A DNA stretch of 64,000 nt from a virus (IMGVR_UViG_638277085_000001:99399-163398); one strand, 5' to 3'. Shown: positions 29,835-38,386, counted from the first letter of the stretch. The notes: a model not told the origin generated them from the letters alone. Numbers and translations: made by a program.

Positions 29835-30254
29835 ATGTTAAAGAAAATATGGCGAGCATTATTTCCAGACCCTGAATGGAAAGTAGCCGCATACACAGCT
29901 CAGAAGTCGTTCGATGTATCTAGCTCTTGGTGTAATAAAGGGGTTATTAAGTGTCGTGCAGTTATTCTAGTAGACAAGCATGACCGCCGACAAGTTAGAG
30001 TAGTATTCGATGAGTACGATTATGGTCGAGAAATATCAGCGTACAATGAGAACTTAATTCGAAAAATCTTATCGAGTAATAGTCTGGCATTGATTCGAGG
30101 CTCGATGAGTACTAGAAAGTTGAATAGCTATGATGGATTTGATCTGTGCGAACACCACGAAGCATTCTACGATTGGGAAACATTCAAGAATAACTTCATT
30201 TATGGTGAAGTTGATTTATGCGGGAACTTAATTGAGAAAAGCGAAGCGGAATAG
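29835..30254 (+). CDS. hypothetical protein
   Basis: GAGG RBS; resembles 26659-27012. Confidence 0.65.
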   Translation: MLKKIWRALFPDPEWKVAAYTAQKSFDVSSSWCNKGVIKCRAVILVDKHDRRQVRVVFDEYDYGREISAYNENLIRKILSSNSLALIRGSMSTRKLNSYDGFDLCEHHEAFYDWETFKNNFIYGEVDLCGNLIEKSEAE

Positions 30255-30334
30255 CCAACTGAGGCGGAAAAATTCCGCATCATCTTAGTAGAATTAGTAG
30301 TTTTAGTGAAGTTAGTAATATTAGGAGTATTAGA

Positions 30335-31030
30335 ATGAAAAAGCTCGTACTTGTAGCTGCCGCTGCTGTAGCTCTTGTTGGATGTGGTGATTTGCCACGC
30401 CTGGAAACTAAGACAGACAAGAAATTCACCACGGTTAATGCAGTTGTGAACAAAAAAGAGCGTGAAATGATTAACTACTGGATGGCAGATGCTGACGGTA
30501 GTAACTATCTTTACAACAAGCTTTGGACTGCTCTTGCTACTCGTAACAAATACGGTTCTAATGCTGTGCGTCGTTCAGATGATGAAGTTCCGTTCTGTGA
30601 TGTCATTGTAGCTCTTGCTAAATCTGAAGAAGATATTCGAAGCACGTACGAGCGTACATTTAATAATCAGTGGCGAACTCAATACGGCATTAGTCTTAAT
30701 CAGCAATGTGGCTATACTCCACCAGAAACACTCGAAGAGCAAGCAGAGCGCGTTGAGAAACTTGAAATGCAAGCTGATTTGAAAAAGCGTGAGCAACAAG
30801 CACAGAGTATTGAAACGCTTGATGACGTTGCCGACGCGACGACTGAGCTACTTGATCCGCATGAGTACGACTATCTGATCGAATCGGCACGCGAGTGTAA
30901 TCGAGCCAAAACCAAATTGCTTGAACTAACGCAAGCAGGCAAACCTTTGACACAAGCTGACGGCTCAGATGCACGTAAGCTAATTATCGAATGCAAAATG
31001 CATAAACTTGAAGTTGAATTGAATAAGTGA
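30335..31030 (+). CDS. lipoprotein, paralogue of 42874-43593
   Basis: Lipobox LVGC; EVPFCDVI, CNRAK and KLEVELNK motifs. Confidence 0.8.
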   Translation: MKKLVLVAAAAVALVGCGDLPRLETKTDKKFTTVNAVVNKKEREMINYWMADADGSNYLYNKLWTALATRNKYGSNAVRRSDDEVPFCDVIVALAKSEEDIRSTYERTFNNQWRTQYGISLNQQCGYTPPETLEEQAERVEKLEMQADLKKREQQAQSIETLDDVADATTELLDPHEYDYLIESARECNRAKTKLLELTQAGKPLTQADGSDARKLIIECKMHKLEVELNK

Positions 31031-31036
31031 GAAAAC

Positions 31037-31819
31037 ATGTTGAGAACAAATATTGCGATTGAAGAACTGAAAATCCGAATGCATCCGTTCGATCAAGTTG
31101 CGAACGCAAACAACGACGATAGCTCAGTTCGCGACTGGCGCCAAATCCCTGACGTTGCTAATGACAATATCTTGAAGAACTCGGTTCTACCGTCGTGGGT
31201 AATTCGAGAGTTTCACTGGCGTGATATTTCATTCAATCAACCATCAATGGGTGATCTGCCCGTTGAGTACAAAACAGAAGCAGGTGAAATCGGTAAATGT
31301 CAATCGCATTATCTCGGTGAACTTGATGATTGCAAGTTCTGGCGCCCTGATATTGTATCTTTGAATGCTCAATTCATTGATTCAAAAGACGTTGATAAAG
31401 CACTTGCAGAATTGCAAGCCGTTGATGTGTTTGACGCTTCACAAGGATTCGCTGACGGTCGACCTGACCCGGTTAGTCACAATGAACACGGTATAACCGA
31501 TGATGAGCTTGAAGCTGCAATCGTCGAAGCTGAAATGGCAGCGGCTGTGGATGCTTTAAAAGTTGAGTCGCAATCGTTGTTCGATCCAGATCATGTTTAT
31601 TACATGAATGAAAAGTATTATATTATCGGTGACGATCCGTTTGACGAAAATTACTGCTATGCGTTGAATGCTGCAAAATACCCACAGCGTATTGCAAAAT
31701 CCCAACTCGTAACCGATGAGCAATACAAAGAAGCTGAAGTTTTGAAGAATCAGTTCCCGCAGATGTGGACTGCTCAAGATTACGCAAAGCTTGCTAAGTT
31801 CATTCGCAGCAAAAAGTAG
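31037..31819 (+). CDS. hypothetical acidic protein
   Basis: 260 aa ORF with GAGA leader. Confidence 0.7.
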   Translation: MLRTNIAIEELKIRMHPFDQVANANNDDSSVRDWRQIPDVANDNILKNSVLPSWVIREFHWRDISFNQPSMGDLPVEYKTEAGEIGKCQSHYLGELDDCKFWRPDIVSLNAQFIDSKDVDKALAELQAVDVFDASQGFADGRPDPVSHNEHGITDDELEAAIVEAEMAAAVDALKVESQSLFDPDHVYYMNEKYYIIGDDPFDENYCYALNAAKYPQRIAKSQLVTDEQYKEAEVLKNQFPQMWTAQDYAKLAKFIRSKK

Positions 31820-31825
31820 TTTCCG

Positions 31826-31856
31826 ATGCGGGTTGTTACGACATCCCGCATAAATA
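31826..31856 (+). promoter_or_regulatory. UACG hairpin overlapping a T4-type late promoter (ATAAATA)
   Basis: ATGCGGGTTGT-TACG-ACATCCCGCAT; ATAAATA 31850-31856 about 33 nt before the ATG. Confidence 0.6.
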
Positions 31857-31888
31857 GTTCTATATGGACTAACAAGGAAATTACGACA

Positions 31889-32419
31889 ATGCCAACTCCT
31901 ACAACAGGTGCGATTTCAATCGGTACCGTTCGTGATTATTTCAGTAGAACCGGCGCTGCTTCATTGTCTCAGTACTACAGAGGCGGCGGTATTGTTCCTG
32001 ATATTACTGAAAATGCTCACGTACCAACTTCAGGCGCGATTAGCTTGAATGACTTGCGCGGTGTATATCGCTTGTCAACGTATACGACATCATTTACGAC
32101 AACATACAACACCACTGTATCAACATCGAATACGACTTCGCGTAGTACATCAAGAAGTACAACTAGAAGTACTGCATACAGTACAACTCGCTCGACTGCG
32201 TATACTACTAGTTGGACAACTAGCCGAACTACGTCGGTGACTAAAGGTTCGTATTCGACATCATACACGACTTCTCGTGCTACATCACGTTCAACATCAT
32301 ATAGCACGACACGTTCAACAGCTTATACGTCTACGTGGACAACATCATGGACAACCACGTACAACACAACAGTATCAACATCAAACACAACTTCGCGAAG
32401 CACGCAAGTTGCAGTTTAA
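31889..32419 (+). CDS. Ser/Thr tetrapeptide-repeat protein with adhesin-like N-terminal head (putative modified virion needle or RiPP-like precursor)
   Basis: AAGGA RBS; 63 aa head with two PT(T/S)GAIS motifs, then 14 tetrapeptides + G + 14 tetrapeptides. Confidence 0.85.
   Translation: MPTPTTGAISIGTVRDYFSRTGAASLSQYYRGGGIVPDITENAHVPTSGAISLNDLRGVYRLSTYTTSFTTTYNTTVSTSNTTSRSTSRSTTRSTAYSTTRSTAYTTSWTTSRTTSVTKGSYSTSYTTSRATSRSTSYSTTRSTAYTSTWTTSWTTTYNTTVSTSNTTSRSTQVAV
32078..32416 (+). repeat. protein-level 12-nt periodic repeat
   Basis: Units mostly [STA]-[RYWFVN]-[STN]-T; TTTYNTTVSTSNTTSRST occurs twice with different synonymous codons. Confidence 0.9.
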
Positions 32420-32431
32420 CAGGGTTAAATT

Positions 32432-32650
32432 ATGAGCTACAATGAAGAACACGAGAACCGAATCAACGAGCTTGAGAACAAGGTTTCAAAGCTTGAGTCG
32501 ATAATTGAAAATCTGGTCGAGTCAATGACTTCGAACAGCGAAGCTATTATCGAACATATTGCATCACTTGAGACCGAGAGGGATTCGATTCTTGCATCAT
32601 ATGATGACAAACTTAATGAGATCGTGACCAAATATGAACCCAAGCAATAG
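32432..32650 (+). CDS. small acidic coiled-coil protein
   Basis: Heptad pattern RINELENKVSKLESIIENL. Confidence 0.75.
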   Translation: MSYNEEHENRINELENKVSKLESIIENLVESMTSNSEAIIEHIASLETERDSILASYDDKLNEIVTKYEPKQ

Positions 32651-32654
32651 AGAA

Positions 32655-33488
32655 ATGACTGGGTTCAATAACATTTCTCGCACCGGTAAGTTGAAATTAC
32701 AATCCGATGCAGACAACGTCCGTGCCATGTGTATGGACGTTGTTCGTTTATTGAACTCTAAAAATATACCATCTAACTTCGACATCAATCACAATGACGG
32801 TGGTAACATCGGCGTGCATGAATGGGTGTCACAAATCCGCTTCATTCACTTGAAATACATGAACGTTAATTTCCAAACGAAGATTTTCAAGCATGCCTAT
32901 CATAACACTGAAAACGTCGTTGACTATTTTGACACGTTCAAACATTCTGACAAATATCATCTATCAGCGAAGCCTAGATTTTTAGAATATGAAAACGTCG
33001 TATTTCTATGTGGATCGAATGTACTTGAATTGGCAATTGACTTTGACAAGATTGATACGCTGGTCGAACATTATCCCGATTTAGTGATCAAACCACACCC
33101 GATTACGACGCTGTATTACATCAATATGCTTAAAACTCGATATGGATCGAAGCGCGTGCTTTCTCAGAAGATCAGCGGTGTTGATGTTCTTAAATCTGCT
33201 AAACGTGTTTGGCTACCTTCAACGTCTGAGTTCTGGTTTAGTGCCTTGAACTACGACAAAGAAATCGGGTTTATCTCTAAAGATGGTTTCTGTGGAACGT
33301 ACACGTCAATCATCAACGCAGTATGGGAATTGCATGAAGAAACCGGTGATCCATTGAAAGATATTGTGAATAAAATTATCTCGTCACCTTACTCAGGTCT
33401 GTATGGTAGTATGGCAGACTTTGAAGAGCATCACGAGAAATACTGTAATGTGATTCTAGAACTAGGGGGTAATTTCGATAATGTATGA
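32655..33488 (+). CDS. GT-B glycosyltransferase-like protein (KpsS/KpsC or sialyltransferase-like HP motif)
   Basis: LVIKPHP motif followed by DVLKSAKRV...SEFWF..ALNYDKEI. Confidence 0.6.
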   Translation: MTGFNNISRTGKLKLQSDADNVRAMCMDVVRLLNSKNIPSNFDINHNDGGNIGVHEWVSQIRFIHLKYMNVNFQTKIFKHAYHNTENVVDYFDTFKHSDKYHLSAKPRFLEYENVVFLCGSNVLELAIDFDKIDTLVEHYPDLVIKPHPITTLYYINMLKTRYGSKRVLSQKISGVDVLKSAKRVWLPSTSEFWFSALNYDKEIGFISKDGFCGTYTSIINAVWELHEETGDPLKDIVNKIISSPYSGLYGSMADFEEHHEKYCNVILELGGNFDNV

Positions 33489-34113
33489 TTATGTAATTCA
33501 CACTTCGATTAGTGACAAAAGTCAGCTAAACCAACTAGTGATGTTTGTCGGGTCTTTCATCGAGACGCACAAAAAAGGTCGCGTGGTCTGCGTGACTGAT
33601 CTTGAACTTGATTTCACGATGCCTCGACTGTCATTTGAGAAAAAACTACCCGAAGAGTACGTTTTCATTTCAGTTGACAATCTATTTTTACAAAAAACAT
33701 ACGGCGTTGTTAGCTACATTGACAGTGGTACTTGGCGATGTACTTGGCAAAAGAATGATCATGATGATTTCGTCATTAAAAAGCATGGCGAAAGAAGCGG
33801 GTTGATTCACCCTGATATTGCAATTGCAAATTACAATGTTTCGAGACATGGCGATCTCGACATGTATTACAACGCGCTTCGTTACATTGAGAGCGCAATC
33901 ACGATCAACTGCAAAGACTTTGCCCCTGCTGCTGAGAATAAAATCAACAGCTTTTACACGCTTGTATTTCCATGGGAGATTTATTTTCACGTTATGATCA
34001 CTTACCAAGAGTATATTGATTCTGAATACGTTGAGCGAGTTCGCGCTAACTGTCATAAGTTCGCACACTCGGTTTATTACAGAAAATCAGGGTTGTTACG
34101 TGATGGGTTATGA
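33481..34113 (+). CDS. putative GT-A-like glycosyltransferase / tailoring enzyme
   Basis: N-terminal beta-alpha-beta (YVIHTS...RVVCVTD) and FISVDNLFL resembling a DxD region; weak. Confidence 0.4.
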   Translation: MYDYVIHTSISDKSQLNQLVMFVGSFIETHKKGRVVCVTDLELDFTMPRLSFEKKLPEEYVFISVDNLFLQKTYGVVSYIDSGTWRCTWQKNDHDDFVIKKHGERSGLIHPDIAIANYNVSRHGDLDMYYNALRYIESAITINCKDFAPAAENKINSFYTLVFPWEIYFHVMITYQEYIDSEYVERVRANCHKFAHSVYYRKSGLLRDGL

Positions 34114-34786
34114 TGAGATAATTTTAGTATCTGGTCTTGATAGTTTAGTTCTATATGAATTTCTTGAACGAAAGCCACACCCTGTTTACTTTAAATGGGG
34201 TTTTGCTATCGACGACATTGAAATGGCTGCTTTGCCTGAAGAAACAACTATCATAGAAATGCCAGAGATTTTGCATTTGAAACATGATCCGTATGAGTTC
34301 AAGACACCAAGAAATCCCGATTTAATTGGTCGGAATACGTTGATGTTTAACTCAGTTTTCCATGCATTCAGACCAAACGTAATTTATCGCGGGATGTTGA
34401 AAGGTGATGATTTCTATTACGACGCATCGCCTACGCATTCAGATGAAATCGCAGCTATGTGGTCGAAAATGCTGAATAAAGAGTGTCGAATTGAACAACC
34501 GTTCAAAGACAAAACGAAACGTGACATAATGCAAATGGCGGTCGAATACGGTATTGATGCGAATTCATTACAGCATTGTTACAATCGAGAACACAACTGC
34601 GGTCGATGTAGCAAGTGTGTGGATGCACATGTTAATTCTATGTACACCGACAACCCAGACATCATGTGGCTGAAACGAATAGTTAATGACTCGGGTATGG
34701 CATCATTGGCTAATCACATGTTTGGTGTTGATACAGTTGACAGAATAAAGGAATTTCTAGATGAATTTGATCGAACAGACTGCTGA
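34103..34786 (+). CDS. QueC-like PP-loop ATPase
   Basis: ILVSGLDS PP-loop, QPF...TKRDI, C-terminal CY-x5-CGRCSKC zinc site. Confidence 0.75.
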   Translation: MGYDEIILVSGLDSLVLYEFLERKPHPVYFKWGFAIDDIEMAALPEETTIIEMPEILHLKHDPYEFKTPRNPDLIGRNTLMFNSVFHAFRPNVIYRGMLKGDDFYYDASPTHSDEIAAMWSKMLNKECRIEQPFKDKTKRDIMQMAVEYGIDANSLQHCYNREHNCGRCSKCVDAHVNSMYTDNPDIMWLKRIVNDSGMASLANHMFGVDTVDRIKEFLDEFDRTDC

Positions 34787-35654
34787 TAAATTCGAGCATA
34801 GTTACCGAGAAGACGTTCAAGGCGTACAGTGGTATTTCGGTAGTCGAACGCATGATTTTTATCTGTATGGAATAGACTCTCTTATTGATAAAGTCAAAGA
34901 CTGTGATTTTATTGAAATCAAGCATGTTCAAGAGGGTACGCTGGTTAAACGAGGCGAAGCTGCGGTCACGGTTACGATTACAGATCATAGTCGTATCGCA
35001 TATGGGAACATGATTGAAACATTGTTGTACAATGAGTTGTGGTATTCGAGCACGGTCGGTACGATTTTACACCGTTGTCTTGATGTGTTGCATGAAAACG
35101 GCTATGACGCTCGTTCAGCATACCCTCAAATCGGACGGGCGAGTTCAACGCCAGAACAGTCAGCTAAAGCAAGGGATGTGTTCGCACGTATATTTTATCA
35201 ATCGTCGAATGAGAAAATACCCGTTGCGATGCACAGTGATATTTTAATCAACGGTGAGGAATATTGCATGGAACATTATAACGGCATCATGATTGATACT
35301 TTCGATAAGCAAGCTTGCATTGACTTGATCAACAAGAAAGACTTTCGAGGGACTGTGATGGTTGACTCTCAGCCAATAATTGAAACAATTGAGAGAGTTC
35401 TAGCTGAAACAAAATGCTTTGTTGCACAAGCTGAAAGTGTTACACTCGATGAGTGGATAGAGATAGTGCGACATTTTAAAGGCAATAAGCGAATTTTCTA
35501 CGGGATTGGTAGCTTTGCATTTAGCAATATATCACGAGACACATTTGGTTTGATTTACAAAGTGTGTGCAGTTAAGAAAAACGACAACTGGATCGGAGTT
35601 TCAAAGATGACGACAGGTAAACAAACATCGGCTGGTTATAAGGTTATAGGTTAG
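34761..35654 (+). CDS. degenerate NAMPT/NAPRTase-like type II phosphoribosyltransferase
   Basis: WYSSTV, MHS, IDTFD, VDS, YGIGS, RDTFGLIYKV, K.TTGKQTSAG parallel the NadV motifs. Confidence 0.7.
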   Translation: MNLIEQTADKFEHSYREDVQGVQWYFGSRTHDFYLYGIDSLIDKVKDCDFIEIKHVQEGTLVKRGEAAVTVTITDHSRIAYGNMIETLLYNELWYSSTVGTILHRCLDVLHENGYDARSAYPQIGRASSTPEQSAKARDVFARIFYQSSNEKIPVAMHSDILINGEEYCMEHYNGIMIDTFDKQACIDLINKKDFRGTVMVDSQPIIETIERVLAETKCFVAQAESVTLDEWIEIVRHFKGNKRIFYGIGSFAFSNISRDTFGLIYKVCAVKKNDNWIGVSKMTTGKQTSAGYKVIG

Positions 35655-35656
35655 TT

Positions 35657-36646
35657 ATGAATTATTGTATAGCGCCGTTTACATCGCCGTCTATTACACC
35701 AGACGGTTTTAAAATTTGCAGCATGCCAGGTCAGAAAGTATACCCTGATATTTCATTCTGGAATAGTGATGAAGTGATCAAGATTCGCGAACAGATTATC
35801 GCTGGTGAAATTCCTGAATCGTGCAAGGCATGTCGTAGTATGCGTGACGGGTTGATTGTGTCAAAAGAAAAACCAACTGATACTCATGTTGACTTGAATT
35901 TCAAAGCTCTTTACATTGCGCGGTCGAACAAGTGTGAATATGCTTGTGAAATGTGCAGTTCATCAATCTCACATAGCTATGACAAGAAATACAATGACGG
36001 TAAGTTGGGGATTATTGAGAATGACTTTGATGTTATTCCGTATCTGCACGAAACACAAGCCGTTGCTATTTCGGGCGGGAACCCTGTCATTGACAAAAAG
36101 GTTGCAGAGATTCTTGAGAATCTAGACCCTGACGTGGTAGAACGTTTCATTATTACTTCAAATGGGACAGTCTTTCCAGACAGATTCTTGAATGCAATTA
36201 AGAGATTGAAATGTGACGCGACTTTGATATTCTCTATGGACGGACCGAAAGAGTTTAATGAAGTGGTTCGATCTGGTGCGAAGCAAGAGAGAATCTATCG
36301 CACCATTAATCGAGTTCTTGACGAGATTGAAGATTACCCAAACTTGCATGTGGCAATTGAGTATACTTTCACGAATAAGTCAATTCATCACTACGTTGAT
36401 TTGTATGATGAAATGCTCTTCGAGATCAACCCGAAGCATTTGAAAAACAACTCAGTTAAAGTGATTGCGAATATGTGTACATACCCGCATCACCTTAGCG
36501 TTACAACTGTTCCCAAAACCGTCATTGATGACATATTGTTCAATCAGTTGCCGTATTTGAGACAGCAACCCAGCCCATTGTCAAATCAATTCAAACTTGG
36601 CTATGATAAGTTTTTGACTCAGTATCACAACAGCGTGATTATGTGA
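35657..36646 (+). CDS. radical SAM enzyme with N-terminal twitch-like Cys cluster
   Basis: CEYACEMC (CxxxCxxC), ISGGNP, TSNGT, SMDG; N-terminal C..PF...C...C..C. Confidence 0.9.
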   Translation: MNYCIAPFTSPSITPDGFKICSMPGQKVYPDISFWNSDEVIKIREQIIAGEIPESCKACRSMRDGLIVSKEKPTDTHVDLNFKALYIARSNKCEYACEMCSSSISHSYDKKYNDGKLGIIENDFDVIPYLHETQAVAISGGNPVIDKKVAEILENLDPDVVERFIITSNGTVFPDRFLNAIKRLKCDATLIFSMDGPKEFNEVVRSGAKQERIYRTINRVLDEIEDYPNLHVAIEYTFTNKSIHHYVDLYDEMLFEINPKHLKNNSVKVIANMCTYPHHLSVTTVPKTVIDDILFNQLPYLRQQPSPLSNQFKLGYDKFLTQYHNSVIM

Positions 36647-37763
36647 TCAGATCATACGCTTTGATATGTGAGTAAAACTCTGGACACGCAGACGATAAAT
36701 TAGTTTTCGTCTTCGTGTCTATTCTTTTGTTAAGAACAAAGAATTCAGGGTTGAATTTACAAACACTGTGTTCCAGAGTAAGACATTCAGCAACGTGCTT
36801 AAATGGTCTAGCCAAATCCTCACGCCCATCTTTTAAATACGCTTCTTCTTTCACTTTGAATCTTGATAATAGCTGGTCTCGAAATGCAACTGGAATGTTG
36901 TAAATTGAGTATGGATTATCAGGCTCACCGACGACATGCACAGACAAACGTACACGTTTACCATCATAAAGCGAATCAAAATCTGAAACCAATGTTTCAA
37001 GATGTTCAAGAGTCACGTTTGACACGGTCGCAGTGATAACTACATCAAAGTGTTGCTTGATGACTTCAATGTTTGATTTGACTTTTTTGATGTCTGCAAA
37101 CAATCGAATATAATCTTGGTATTCTCGTAGACCGTCGATTGATACGAACACCGTTGATGCATTAGCTTCTTTAAGCGATTTGATGAGATCTGAGCCATCG
37201 GCTAACACTAGTGATGAGCCATTCGTGAAAATATTCACTGCGGCTTTAATGTCGCCTACGTTGCGAAGAACTTCAGGAGCATTTGACGAGCGGGTAATTT
37301 CACCGCCTAGAATTGTCAATGACGAAAGTCCTTTGCTGATTGTGTTGATTGTCGTACTCAAATCATTGAATCGAGTACTTGAATCTTCTTCATTGAACAA
37401 TCTAGCCTTCAAGTCTGATAATTTGCTGTAGCAGTAACGACAAGCTTGATTACATTCATTACTAGGGAATACTTGTAGCCAGCGAACTGAATCAGCGGGC
37501 ATAATAGGTGAAACTTCAGAATCGTGTTCTGTTAGACGCTGTGGGTCATTATCAGTAATGCACATTTGACATGCCTTTGACAGCTTGCTCATGTCGTGGT
37601 TTAGCATTGCTTCACGATAAGCGACAAGCTTTTCATCATTCCAAGCGTCTGCTAGTGTTTTTTCATCAGTAAACCATTCATAATCAGCCGAACAGCAAAA
37701 CGTAATTTGATTGTTTGCTCGTGTGATGAACTGCTTGAACGGCATATAACATAGTGGTTTCAT
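36639..37763 (-). CDS. radical SAM enzyme with N-terminal twitch-like Cys cluster
   Basis: CNQACRYC, LGGE, FTNGS, SIDG; N-terminal CYMPF...CC...CQMC. Confidence 0.9.
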   Translation of the reverse strand: MKPLCYMPFKQFITRANNQITFCCSADYEWFTDEKTLADAWNDEKLVAYREAMLNHDMSKLSKACQMCITDNDPQRLTEHDSEVSPIMPADSVRWLQVFPSNECNQACRYCYSKLSDLKARLFNEEDSSTRFNDLSTTINTISKGLSSLTILGGEITRSSNAPEVLRNVGDIKAAVNIFTNGSSLVLADGSDLIKSLKEANASTVFVSIDGLREYQDYIRLFADIKKVKSNIEVIKQHFDVVITATVSNVTLEHLETLVSDFDSLYDGKRVRLSVHVVGEPDNPYSIYNIPVAFRDQLLSRFKVKEEAYLKDGREDLARPFKHVAECLTLEHSVCKFNPEFFVLNKRIDTKTKTNLSSACPEFYSHIKAYDLIT

Positions 37764-37773
37764 GTTTCTGTCC

Positions 37774-38346
37774 TTAGTTAAAAATGCTACTTGTATATAT
37801 AGCAGTCTTCAGGGCATTGAAATGATCGTCAACTCTATTCACGTGTATGCATTCAATGTCAAATCTTTCTTGGATTTCTCGGATGTTGTCTAGCGAGTCG
37901 TCGATGAAGTATTTCACCTCATGCAGTTCACACAGCTTCTCGACATACTTTGCCTTCGAGTCGAAGTACTCAATCGAAATCACCTCACTTATCATCCCTG
38001 GGAATAACGCATTTAGATTATACACGCGATTTGACCATGAAGTTCTACTCATGCTGAACTTGGTTAGTGCAATGATGTTATATCGGTCTGAGAGTTCGCG
38101 TAACGCATCGTAAGCGTCTTCATATGCGGGTATGTACTTTGCACACTCATGTTCATTGTATGCGCCTATAAGCTTTCCTAGTTGCATGTCACTCACGTTA
38201 ATAAATAAAGAGCGTGCATCGGTATCAGTATTTGAACCGTTGATATTCAAATTATCAAGCATGCCTAATTGCATCATGAAGAATGGCAAGTTGGCTTTCC
38301 AGTTAAGCAAAACCCCGTCTACATCTATGATGATCGTCTTTTTCAT
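37774..38346 (-). CDS. HAD-family phosphatase (5'(3')-nucleotidase / T4 30.2-like)
   Basis: IIIDVDGVLL motif I, ALT motif II, FIDD motif IV. Confidence 0.8.
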   Translation of the reverse strand: MKKTIIIDVDGVLLNWKANLPFFMMQLGMLDNLNINGSNTDTDARSLFINVSDMQLGKLIGAYNEHECAKYIPAYEDAYDALRELSDRYNIIALTKFSMSRTSWSNRVYNLNALFPGMISEVISIEYFDSKAKYVEKLCELHEVKYFIDDSLDNIREIQERFDIECIHVNRVDDHFNALKTAIYTSSIFN

Positions 38347-38386
38347 TACTACCTCGAAAAAAATTAAAATTTTTCGAAAAAAAGTA

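Noticed and set aside
32017-32307. Val/Asp/Tyr/Glu-rich repetitive ORF on the minus strand
   Set aside because: It is the antisense shadow of the Ser/Thr codons, with no RBS or promoter.
32655-37763. Reading the cluster as a DNA hypermodification locus
   Set aside because: It is down-weighted rather than excluded: no dpdA, hydroxymethylase or DNA-GT motif was seen, and the operon begins with a late Ser/Thr-rich substrate-like gene.
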